DNA from: Clostridia bacterium
GTDB lineage: Bacteria > Bacillota > Clostridia > Christensenellales > CAAEEZ01
NCBI GenBank assembly: GCA_900755035.1
Contig: CAAEEZ010000016.1
Coordinates: forward strand, 89,058-153,057
Length of the DNA stretch: 64,000 nt
Direction of reading: 5' to 3'
In this document: positions 8,936 through 18,057 of the stretch, piece after piece
Layout of the letters: each line of letters starts with the position of its first letter
Numbering within the stretch: the first letter of the stretch is position 1
Program-made: the position numbers and the translations under genes
The notes under the pieces: model-generated
The model's input: only the letters and a program-made list of their open reading frames with translations
Told to the model about the DNA's origin: nothing
The model's database searches: none

Positions 8936-11103
8936 TTTATTTCCTCCAAAACAACAAGTTGCGATTCAAACTCGTTTAACGTTTTCGACATATTTATACC
9001 CACTTCCATATAATAACTACCTTTGTAGGTTTTATTATCAAGACTATTTATATACTTCTTATTAGGGTTCAATCCTCGCAACTTTATAAACCTGCTTGCA
9101 CGCAATCTTTTAAGCAAATTAACCATTAAAAACAGGGCTTTTTCCTTATTTTTATCTACCATTATTATGCTAAATTCATTAGTTTCAAATGGCGACGACA
9201 ATCTAAACAAATCCCCTTTTAAGACTACGTCTCGATATTTTTTATAAATTTCGTTCGTAATTTTTATTTGCTCTATGTCTTTATCTGCAACTCTTCGAGG
9301 GTCTAATTCAAATCCGTACGAACCGAATAACGCTATTTCCGATTTGGTTTTATAAGAGGCAGTATCACATTCGTTTACGTGCGCTCCCATAACTGACGGC
9401 GGATATGCAAACGACGTTCCGTATTGAATAAACAATCTTTGAATAGGGTCGTTTTCATCGCTTGTCCATATTTCAGGAAAATAGAAAAGCGTTCCAAAGT
9501 CAAAACGTCCTCCACCACTAGCACAACCTTGAAAATGCACGTTTGCAAATCTCTTAGTTAGTCTATCGGCCAATTTATAATATCCAAGCGTATTTCTATG
9601 ATAAAATTCGTCTTGGTGCAAATAATCCAAATTATCGGCAAAATAGTCTTCCATCGTACGATTATGGTCCCATTTAATATAGTCTATTTCGTACCTAGAC
9701 AGAGTTGCCTCCAATACGTTATAAATATAGTCGACTACTTCGTCGTTTGCAAAATTGAGCATTACTTGATGCCTAGATAACCAAGGGTTACTTTTTACGT
9801 CAACGGCAGCGTATTCGGGGTGTTCTCTTAATAAATTAGAATCAAAATTAGCCATTTCAGGCTCTATCCAAATACCAAATTTCATTCCGTTTTTATGGCA
9901 CTCGTCAATAACCTTATTTAAGTTTATTTTTTCTTCGTTTACCTGCCAATCGCCAAGGGCCCTTTTATCGTCGCATCGATTACCAAACCACCCGTCGTCA
10001 AGCACAAATAACTCGGCACCCATTTTTTTGCCTTCCGTTATGAAATTCAATACCTTTTCGGTATTAAAATCCATATAGCAACCTTCCCACGAATTTAACA
10101 AAATAGACCGATACACGTCTTCGTTATTATCTATTACTATTCTTTCTCGTGTTAAATCGTGTAATTGATGACTAACTGATTCAAAACCATTTTTTCCGTA
10201 TACGATAAATCCTTCGGGAAATATAAACGATTCTTTACTCTTTACTTCGTATCTAAAATCGCCTATTCCTATATTTATTCTAGTTACCCCGACTTTGCCA
10301 ACGTTTACTTCGCATTTGAAAGCCCCCGAATACATAAACGATACTGCAAATACTTCACCGTTAGTTTCGGTTGCACTTGGATCGGCTAGCATTATAAAAG
10401 GATTGTGCTCGTGCGAACTGCGTCCCGTTTTAGAAGAAATAACCTTAGTTCCTTCCGTTATTCGTTCTCTCCTAAACTGCCTTTCAAATAGCCATTCCCC
10501 CGGGAAATGAATCAAATCGTAATTTGCACTAGCAAAATCTTGCGTTAGACTCATTGATTTCGTTAGCCATAAATTTTTATCCGTTCCATTAATAAATTTT
10601 GTATTACGTATTATTACGTTATAATTTTCAAAAATTGAAAGTGATAAAATTATAGTTACGTCTTTACTAAAATCTTTCGCCGTTATTTCTAGCGTCTCTG
10701 CCTCGCTTAAATCATCACGAATATACGGCATATCTACTAATTGTGGTTTACCTTTTAATATTTTGTGTGAAACGTAACGAAAATCTAATTTGTTATTTTC
10801 TAAACCGTCAATCTTTACGAAAGAAGGTCTTACGTCTGCGGCACGATATGATGGCAAAAGCATTTTAGATGCATTCAAATACAAATTTTCATATTTTTTC
10901 TCGGCTTTTTCTTCGTAATCGTAATAATTAGAAAACCAATCTTCTCCACCTATTACGCTAATTTGGTCCAAATCAATATCGTCTAAATACGAACCAAAAT
11001 ACGGGCAAGTTATCGCTTTGCTTTCGTGTATATGTACGTAATATGAAAATTCGCTATTGTATAAATGAAATAAATTCCTGTCTTTGAAAAATTTAATTGC
11101 CAT
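8932..11103 (-). CDS. Alpha-galactosidase, GH36
   Basis: 723 aa. Motifs FVLDDGWF, IDYIKWDHNR and CASGGGRFD are GH36 catalytic signatures. Confidence 0.9.
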   Translation of the reverse strand: MAIKFFKDRNLFHLYNSEFSYYVHIHESKAITCPYFGSYLDDIDLDQISVIGGEDWFSNYYDYEEKAEKKYENLYLNASKMLLPSYRAADVRPSFVKIDGLENNKLDFRYVSHKILKGKPQLVDMPYIRDDLSEAETLEITAKDFSKDVTIILSLSIFENYNVIIRNTKFINGTDKNLWLTKSMSLTQDFASANYDLIHFPGEWLFERQFRRERITEGTKVISSKTGRSSHEHNPFIMLADPSATETNGEVFAVSFMYSGAFKCEVNVGKVGVTRINIGIGDFRYEVKSKESFIFPEGFIVYGKNGFESVSHQLHDLTRERIVIDNNEDVYRSILLNSWEGCYMDFNTEKVLNFITEGKKMGAELFVLDDGWFGNRCDDKRALGDWQVNEEKINLNKVIDECHKNGMKFGIWIEPEMANFDSNLLREHPEYAAVDVKSNPWLSRHQVMLNFANDEVVDYIYNVLEATLSRYEIDYIKWDHNRTMEDYFADNLDYLHQDEFYHRNTLGYYKLADRLTKRFANVHFQGCASGGGRFDFGTLFYFPEIWTSDENDPIQRLFIQYGTSFAYPPSVMGAHVNECDTASYKTKSEIALFGSYGFELDPRRVADKDIEQIKITNEIYKKYRDVVLKGDLFRLSSPFETNEFSIIMVDKNKEKALFLMVNLLKRLRASRFIKLRGLNPNKKYINSLDNKTYKGSYYMEVGINMSKTLNEFESQLVVLEEIK

Positions 11104-11123
11104 ATTATTACCTATTTGATTTC

Positions 11124-11149
11124 GGGGAAGAAGCCTTTACTTCTTCCCT
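11124..11149 (-). other. Perfect 9-bp GC-rich intra-operon hairpin without a U-tract
   Basis: GGGAAGAAG-CCTTTA-CTTCTTCCC lies between the stop of ORF 11170-12894 and the GH36 start. No T-run follows on either strand. Confidence 0.5.
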
Positions 11150-11169
11150 AAAATCAACGTTTTATTTAA

Positions 11170-12894
11170 CTATTTGATTACGATATTACTAATAGTACAG
11201 TCTAAATCACGACACAAAAAACTTATGGACGCTCTTCCAAAATAACCGTCGTTATTCCAGCCCCACGTTCCTTCGAACAATACGTTGTCTTGGCTATCTT
11301 TTACGGTTAGTTTGTTGTCTTGTCCCGTTTCGGTCATAAGACGAGTTACCGTGATTTTATAAGTAGCACCTTCTTCTAATCTAGCAGTTTCACCATTAAG
11401 TTTGTAATATCTATCCTCTTGCGCAGGTGCTCCTATTCCCGGATTTAAGTCGCCGTTAGAATTCCAGCCCGTCCAGCCTGCTTGATATTGTCCAACTAGA
11501 AGAGAACGTGCCTCTGCATATTTTTCATCATATCTATTCATAGTGATAGCAAGAGCAGGTAAAGCATCTCTACTACCTATACAATCAATCGTCAAGTCAA
11601 ACGACATACTTCCTTCCACGTTTGCTGCAAAAACAGCATTAGTACCAATATGTTTTGCTGCGTGGTCTTTTGCGTTAAGCGGTGAAGTTTGGTCTTTTGC
11701 ACCCGTGAACTTTATGGTATCGTTTTCAATAATTACTTTATCGCTTGACGCATAAAATTTTGATGCGTCGGCAGTTTCTAAAAATTCGGTTACTGCTTGC
11801 TCGCCATAACTTACTTGCATATTTGTATATTCTGCCGAGCAACTACCTAGATTAAGTACCGGGATAGTATCTACGTCGGTAAATTCTTCCAAACCGTCTT
11901 CGCTATAATATAATTCGTCGTTAATGTAAGCAGAAAAATTGTTTCCATTTCTCACCGTCGTAAGTTTTACACTTTCAAAATTTATATTACCTACTCCGTG
12001 TTGATTCCACGATTGCGAACGGTCGGTTATAGTTCCCCACTCTACGTTACCCGAGTTAATTACCATAGTTACCGTTTTACGAGCATTATAGTTTGGCCCT
12101 GGGGATAGTTGCAATCCGTAATATTTTGCTCCGTTATAATGCGAAATGCCTACTCTTGACCAAGTGTCGTTTGCATCAGGGTTAGTCACCTTTACGGTTG
12201 CACTAGCCACGTAATACTTAGACGCCTCTCCGTTGAACGCAGCAAAAGAATTACGATTGCCGTTACTCTTTAATACGGCGTTATCTTGATAAAGCCCCGT
12301 CATATCAAAGTCGTCTGCATTTACCTTCGTATCGATTACGGTATCTTTTACCGTTATAGTTATGCTTTTAGTCGTTTTGCCAACGGTTGCCGAAATAGTA
12401 GTAGTTCCAGCACTTATTGCCGTAACTAATCCGTCTTTATTTACAGAGGCAACGTTCTCGTTTTCCGACTTCCAAGTAAGTAAAGCGTCTAACGGCGTTT
12501 GTGTTGCAGTTAATTGAAGGGTTTTTGTAGGATAAATTGTTGCGTTATCCACTTTACCCAACTCTACTTCGCACGGTTTTACCGTTATGACTAACTTATC
12601 TTTTTCCTTATCGTTTACTTTTATGCTAATTGTAGTTTTGCCTTGGTTTAATCCCGTTACTAATCCGTCTTGACTTACGGTAGCAACGCTTTCGTCCGAC
12701 GAAAACCATACTTCTTTTTGCGTTGTAGTATTTTTAACGCCTAGTTGCAAGGTTAGTCCTTCGTAAACTTCCGTTATGCTTTTATCTATAATTTTCACTA
12801 CTTCTTCGTTTGTAGTTTGATTACAACCAGAAAAAACAAATGCAAATGAAGTAATTAGAAGTACCATTATCGTAATTAAAGATTTCTTTCTCAT
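11170..12894 (-). CDS. Surface lipoprotein: 2x Big_2 (Ig-like) domains plus two C-terminal beta-sandwich (ConA/LamG-like) regions
   Basis: Lipobox FVFSGC. Two Big_2-type repeats (...LTLQLGV...WFSSDESVATVSQDGLVTGLNQGKTTISI...; ...LQLTAT...WKSENENVASVNKDGLVTAISAGTTTISA...). Paralogous to ORF 12910-14736. Confidence 0.75.
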   Translation of the reverse strand: MRKKSLITIMVLLITSFAFVFSGCNQTTNEEVVKIIDKSITEVYEGLTLQLGVKNTTTQKEVWFSSDESVATVSQDGLVTGLNQGKTTISIKVNDKEKDKLVITVKPCEVELGKVDNATIYPTKTLQLTATQTPLDALLTWKSENENVASVNKDGLVTAISAGTTTISATVGKTTKSITITVKDTVIDTKVNADDFDMTGLYQDNAVLKSNGNRNSFAAFNGEASKYYVASATVKVTNPDANDTWSRVGISHYNGAKYYGLQLSPGPNYNARKTVTMVINSGNVEWGTITDRSQSWNQHGVGNINFESVKLTTVRNGNNFSAYINDELYYSEDGLEEFTDVDTIPVLNLGSCSAEYTNMQVSYGEQAVTEFLETADASKFYASSDKVIIENDTIKFTGAKDQTSPLNAKDHAAKHIGTNAVFAANVEGSMSFDLTIDCIGSRDALPALAITMNRYDEKYAEARSLLVGQYQAGWTGWNSNGDLNPGIGAPAQEDRYYKLNGETARLEEGATYKITVTRLMTETGQDNKLTVKDSQDNVLFEGTWGWNNDGYFGRASISFLCRDLDCTISNIVIK

Positions 12895-12909
12895 AAGTTC
12901 CCTCCTATT

Positions 12910-14736
12910 TTACAAATTAGATTTAATTTGCAAATTCTTTACTTGACCTGAAGCATATTCTCCACCTAACCATAGAATATATGCGCCCGTATATTTGCTA
13001 GTCATAGTTGCCCATTGATTATTCGCTTTGTCAAACACTATTTCATTGCCGTCTATAAACATTTTGAACGTTGCCACATTGTCTACTATCGTACGAGTAA
13101 CTTTAACGTGATGCGTTCCACTTGGATTTTCAATAGCCGACGTACTTTCTAGCCAATAATATGGTGCTGCCGGGTCGTCAAAAGAAAGTTGATAATTCCA
13201 ACTATACATTCCTGCAATACCTGCTTTTCCACCTTGATTAGAAGACGTACCGAATATAAACGTTTCTACGGTATCTGCCGATTCGTAACGAGATAAATTT
13301 AGAGATAAACCCGTCATTGCCTTTGCGTGTGCTAAATTACAACTCATTTGGTCAATATCAAATTCAATTTCAAAGTTTCCTACAAGTTTTGCATTATCTC
13401 CTATGCTTTTTGCTTTATTATCTTTCGACAACACGTTATTCGTTTTGAAGGTGTATACGCCGTCTTTAATATCTACTATTTCATCGTTAGACGCATAAAG
13501 TTTTTGTTGGAATTTTTCCGTTTGTAACATTTTGTCCAACTCTGCATTATCAGTTATAGCAGAATAATCGGTTACTTCTACGTTAACGTCTATTGCAACG
13601 AATACAGGCATAGTTGCAATATCGTCATAAACCGTCGTTTCGTCTACGTACATAAGCCTATCGTTTACTAAGTAATAGTATTTATTGTTATCACGAAGCA
13701 AGCCGAATTTTACTCTATCGTTTTGCCAATTTACTTGGTCTAGTCCGTTTTCGCCCCATATTTGAGAACGAGTAGTTATTGCAGGCCACGTTTCATTTGG
13801 CAAATCCTTTACGATAAACTTGTTGTAATCGTTTCCTTGTCCTTCTACTCTAGGAGAAAACATACCGTATCTTGTTGAAGTATCGCTAAGTCCACTTCCA
13901 ATACCTATTCCTTGCCATACCCAAGCAGTAACTTGTTCTTGAATTCTAAAATAACCTTCTACGTAATATCTTGTTCCACTCACGTTAGATAAGTATAGCG
14001 AATGATAGCCTGCTTTACTTGCATCTATATTCAAACTTACGTGAGGGTTTACGTCGTCCCTTTGCGTGCTTATATCCCAATAAGGCGAACCTAAATCATT
14101 ACGGAAGAAACCTCTCTTTACTATAAAAGTTACTCGTGCGGATATTTTGTCGTCCATTGCGGAAGTTACCACTATATCCACGTCGCCCTCTTCCTTAAAG
14201 GTTACTAAACCATTTTGGTCTACTTCGGCAACGCCTTCGTTGGTTGATTTCCAGTTTAGTATCGCATATGCGTCGCTAGGCATAACGTTTGCGTTTAATT
14301 GCAACGTTTGTCCTACCCATTGCGTTGCTTCAACGTCTTCTAACACAATATCCGTAGGAGCAACTGACCGCTCTACCGTTACGGTTATGGATTTTTTACA
14401 TTTAGGCTCGATAACGAGTGTGGCAGTAATCGTTACCTTGCCTTCTTTAAGTCCCGTAACCAAACCCTTTTCGTTAACAGTAGCAATTTCATCATCGCTT
14501 GAAGAATAGGTTACGTCTTTATTTGTAGTCCCCGTAACGGAAGAACGCAGTTGTAATGTTTGTCCTGCTTTTATCGTTGTTTGTCCTATTGCCGTTAGTC
14601 TTATTTCATACGGTCCGTTATAATCGTTATTCGAACCACTTTGTTGTTCGCCACCACTACACGAAACGAACACGAAAGACATACAAACAACTAACGCAAC
14701 CAAAACGATTGACAATGTTTTTCTTTTGTTTTTCAT
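12910..14736 (-). CDS. Surface lipoprotein: Big_2 domains plus two beta-sandwich regions (paralogue of 11170-12894)
   Basis: Lipobox FVFVSCSG. Big_2 repeats (QTLQLRSS...YSSSDDEIATVNEKGLVTGLKEGKVTITA; QTLQLNANV...WKSTNEGVAEVDQNGLVTFKEEGDVDIVV). The shared C-terminal architecture includes the VKL/FxxxRxxNxxxxxxNDxL block. Confidence 0.75.
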   Translation of the reverse strand: MKNKRKTLSIVLVALVVCMSFVFVSCSGGEQQSGSNNDYNGPYEIRLTAIGQTTIKAGQTLQLRSSVTGTTNKDVTYSSSDDEIATVNEKGLVTGLKEGKVTITATLVIEPKCKKSITVTVERSVAPTDIVLEDVEATQWVGQTLQLNANVMPSDAYAILNWKSTNEGVAEVDQNGLVTFKEEGDVDIVVTSAMDDKISARVTFIVKRGFFRNDLGSPYWDISTQRDDVNPHVSLNIDASKAGYHSLYLSNVSGTRYYVEGYFRIQEQVTAWVWQGIGIGSGLSDTSTRYGMFSPRVEGQGNDYNKFIVKDLPNETWPAITTRSQIWGENGLDQVNWQNDRVKFGLLRDNNKYYYLVNDRLMYVDETTVYDDIATMPVFVAIDVNVEVTDYSAITDNAELDKMLQTEKFQQKLYASNDEIVDIKDGVYTFKTNNVLSKDNKAKSIGDNAKLVGNFEIEFDIDQMSCNLAHAKAMTGLSLNLSRYESADTVETFIFGTSSNQGGKAGIAGMYSWNYQLSFDDPAAPYYWLESTSAIENPSGTHHVKVTRTIVDNVATFKMFIDGNEIVFDKANNQWATMTSKYTGAYILWLGGEYASGQVKNLQIKSNL

Positions 14737-14753
14737 AATTCTCCTCCTTATTT

Positions 14754-16193
14754 TTATCTAATAGCAAGTCCACTTTCTACGTCGAATATATGAATTTTTT
14801 CATTATCGATTTCTAGGTCTTTTACGTCGCCATTATTTATCCCCATTACTTTCGTTTTGACTTGGAAATCAATCCCAAATAAGTCAAAATGCAATATATT
14901 TTCACTACCAAGCAATTCCACTAAGGTTGTTTTAGCAGAAATTTTAGGAGCCGTTATATCCATCGTTTCTTCTACTACTTTCACGTGTTCGGGACGTATA
15001 CCCACTTTAACTACGCCTTTATCCAGCATAGACAAATAGCGTTGCTCCATTTCTTTCATTTCTTGTACTAGAAGTTCTTTTTGTTTTTCCTTTTCGGCAA
15101 GTATATCGGCTTTTTTTCTAAATATTCTTTTTATTTTAGCTACTTGCTCGTTTATCGACCTCTTGTTTTTTACAGCGACTTTCTTTTCTTCTTTTTTATA
15201 AATTTGCGCTGCCTTCATCTTTGCAACTGCCATATCGGAAAATTTGTCTGCGTTGTCGATACTATCCCTTAATTGCTTTATTCTTTCGTTTATAAATGCC
15301 TTATATCTTTCATCAAACCCATCACGCAATTTTATTACTACGCCGTTTTCCAAAGTAATACAACCGTCTTTATATTCTGCTTCAACCACGTTCATTGCAG
15401 GACTACCAATAAACGTAGCAACGAATAGATTGTCGGGCTTTTCATACACGTCAATAGCTTTGCCTATTTGTTGAACAAATCCCTTATTCATTACTACGAT
15501 AACGTTTGCCATGGTCATTGCTTCGGTTTGGTCGTGTGTTACGTAGATTGTCGTTGCGCCTACTTCTTTGTGTATTCTTATAATTTCCGACCTCATTTGA
15601 ACACGAAGTTTTGCGTCTAGATTTGACAACGGCTCGTCCATAAGAAATATATCGGTATCTCGTACTATTGCTCTTCCTAGCGCTACTCTCTGCATTTGTC
15701 CACCAGATAATTGCTTAGGTTTTCTGTCTAGTAGGTCGCCTAAATCCAAAATATCTGCCGCCTTATATACTCTCTCTTTTATTTCTTCCTTAGGCAGTTT
15801 TCTTATTTTTAACCCAAAAGCGATATTATCGTATACGGTCATTTGTGGATAAAGTGCATAACTTTGGAATACCATAGCTATATTTCTATCTTTACTTTGC
15901 AAATAGTTACTATACGTTTTATTGATATACAATTCACCGTCCGTAATATCTTCTAACCCTGCAATCATTCTAAGCGTAGTGCTTTTTCCACAACCACTAG
16001 GTCCTACTAATGCAACAAAATCGTTTTTATTGATTTTCAAATTAAAATCATAAACTGCGTGAAACCCGTTAGGATAAACTTTATTTACGTTTTTTAATTC
16101 AACGAAAGAGGTCAAACTTTCGTCTACGAGCCTATTTTTGTTTTCTTTCAATATTTTTTTCGCTTCAACTTTCGTCATCATATTTTCGCTCAT
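14754..16193 (-). CDS. Sugar ABC transporter ATP-binding protein (MsmK/MalK/UgpC type) with an N-terminal extension and a long charged insertion
   Basis: Walker A GPSGCGKST, signature LSGGQMQRVALGRA, Walker B FLMDEPLSNLD, FIGSPAMN. It is 479 aa, longer than I expect for this family (roughly 360-380 aa, recalled). Confidence 0.9.
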   Translation of the reverse strand: MSENMMTKVEAKKILKENKNRLVDESLTSFVELKNVNKVYPNGFHAVYDFNLKINKNDFVALVGPSGCGKSTTLRMIAGLEDITDGELYINKTYSNYLQSKDRNIAMVFQSYALYPQMTVYDNIAFGLKIRKLPKEEIKERVYKAADILDLGDLLDRKPKQLSGGQMQRVALGRAIVRDTDIFLMDEPLSNLDAKLRVQMRSEIIRIHKEVGATTIYVTHDQTEAMTMANVIVVMNKGFVQQIGKAIDVYEKPDNLFVATFIGSPAMNVVEAEYKDGCITLENGVVIKLRDGFDERYKAFINERIKQLRDSIDNADKFSDMAVAKMKAAQIYKKEEKKVAVKNKRSINEQVAKIKRIFRKKADILAEKEKQKELLVQEMKEMEQRYLSMLDKGVVKVGIRPEHVKVVEETMDITAPKISAKTTLVELLGSENILHFDLFGIDFQVKTKVMGINNGDVKDLEIDNEKIHIFDVESGLAIR

Positions 16194-16203
16194 AATTATC
16201 TCC

Positions 16204-17097
16204 TTAACGTTTGATACCCGTATTGGCTACGCCCTCTATAATCTTGCTTTGAGCAACTAAATAAACTATAAATATTGGTATCATTGCTATTACTGCACTT
16301 GCCAACGCTAGCGTCATTGATTCATACGCTTCACATTGGTCGGAAATAACTTTTAGTCCATACGCTAAGGTCCAAGTGCTACGTGGCGCATTACCTATTA
16401 TTAATTGCGCCCACTGTACGTCGTTCCACGCTCCCATAAAACCGAACAAACCTTGAACAAATAGTGCAGATTTACCTAACGGTAAAACTATTTTGAAAAA
16501 TATTTTCATATTGCTTGCACCGTCTATTCTTGCATTTTCTATCAAATCCTTAGGGATTCCTAAAAAGAATTGCCGTATTAAAAACACTCCGTATACTCCA
16601 CCTAATGATGGCAAAATAAGTCCTAATAGTGATTTGTACGCCCCTAGTAAATTCATATTGATAAGTTGTGGCGTTGTAGATACAATACCCGGAATAGTCA
16701 TCGTGCAAATTAGAAAATAAAATATTTTGTTAGAATACTTAAAATCCAAAAAGACAAATGCATATGCAGCAAAAGACGCTATTACCAAGTACACTAACGT
16801 GCCACCTAATGCAACGATAAGCGAATTAAACAACCAATTCCATATTGGAAACCATTCGTTTGGATGCGTATTGTTAAATTCTGTTTTTGAAAACAATTCT
16901 GCATATCCTTCAAACGTAAAGGCATCCCAATTAGACGGGAAAAATTTCTCTGGATTTTGAAGCACGTCGCTACTTGTTCTAAAAGAACCGGCAACACCCC
17001 ATATAAGAGGTATTATCATAAATATAGATACTGCTAGCAAAATCACGAAGGAAATAGTTTTACCTGCTTTCTTTCCATTGTCTAAACCCTTCAGCAT
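16204..17097 (-). CDS. Carbohydrate ABC transporter permease (MalG-like)
   Basis: 297 aa, 6 TM, with the EAA-loop region ENARIDGASNMKIFFKIVLP. GGGGAGG lies before the ATG. Overlaps the upstream permease by 38 nt. Confidence 0.9.
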   Translation of the reverse strand: MLKGLDNGKKAGKTISFVILLAVSIFMIIPLIWGVAGSFRTSSDVLQNPEKFFPSNWDAFTFEGYAELFSKTEFNNTHPNEWFPIWNWLFNSLIVALGGTLVYLVIASFAAYAFVFLDFKYSNKIFYFLICTMTIPGIVSTTPQLINMNLLGAYKSLLGLILPSLGGVYGVFLIRQFFLGIPKDLIENARIDGASNMKIFFKIVLPLGKSALFVQGLFGFMGAWNDVQWAQLIIGNAPRSTWTLAYGLKVISDQCEAYESMTLALASAVIAMIPIFIVYLVAQSKIIEGVANTGIKR

Positions 17098-18037
17098 GTT
17101 TACTACCTCCCCTTCTTTCTTTTGTTACGATAAGTTGTACTATTGCAATAACTATAATTATCAATCCTAGACATATTCCCATTGCCGCAGCATAACCAAA
17201 CGCCTTAGGGTTTGAACCTGCTAGCAAATCTTGTATTCTGTATACTGCCGATTTCATCGAATCAAGGTCCGGATTATTACTTCCTAAAATGAATATTTGC
17301 CCGTAAATATTCATATACCCGATTAGCGTTGTAAATAGCGTTAAAAATAATTGCGGTTTTATGCCCGGTAAAGTAACGTGTATAAATTTTCTCCATCCGC
17401 TACATCCGTCAATCTTTGCAGCCTCGTAAAGCGTTTTGTCTACGTTTTCAAGTCCAGCACACATAATAATAAAGTTACCGCCTATTCCACACCACAAACA
17501 CAAGAAGCCAATCATAAACCAGCAACCTATTACGCTACCGAACCAATCAATAGACAAACCAAAAACGTTATTGACCCAGCCGTAATGCGCATCAAACATA
17601 CGCATCAATATCAGTCCCGTAGCAGTAAGAGGGAAAATTCCTGGGATATAAATCAATGCTCTAAATAATTTATATCCCGGTGGTTTTTGATTCGTTAATA
17701 GCGCTAATCCTAGTGGAATAATCATTGATAACGGCACTATACACGCACTAAACTTAATAGTTGTCCAAACTGACGACCAAAAATCCCGTGCTATTGAATT
17801 ATCCCCAAACAAAACGGTAAAATTTTGTAACGTTCCTACTTCGTTTGGCAAAAAAGACGTCGGTGTAAATTTTGAAAACGCCATTACGATACCAAATATC
17901 AAAGGAAATACGAAAAACATTACGAAACAAATGGTATATGGACCTAAAAACGTTCCTACCGATACCGTTTTGCGTGTCAATGCCTTTCTCATTTCTCTGG
18001 TTTTGGCGTATTGTTTTATTTCAACCGATTTTTGCAT
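17060..18037 (-). CDS. Carbohydrate ABC transporter permease (MalF-like)
   Basis: 325 aa polytopic protein with the EAA loop YEAAKIDGCSGWRKFIHVTLPGI. Confidence 0.9.
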   Translation of the reverse strand: MQKSVEIKQYAKTREMRKALTRKTVSVGTFLGPYTICFVMFFVFPLIFGIVMAFSKFTPTSFLPNEVGTLQNFTVLFGDNSIARDFWSSVWTTIKFSACIVPLSMIIPLGLALLTNQKPPGYKLFRALIYIPGIFPLTATGLILMRMFDAHYGWVNNVFGLSIDWFGSVIGCWFMIGFLCLWCGIGGNFIIMCAGLENVDKTLYEAAKIDGCSGWRKFIHVTLPGIKPQLFLTLFTTLIGYMNIYGQIFILGSNNPDLDSMKSAVYRIQDLLAGSNPKAFGYAAAMGICLGLIIIVIAIVQLIVTKERRGGSKHAEGFRQWKESR

Positions 18038-18057
18038 AACTATCCCCCGTTTTAGAC

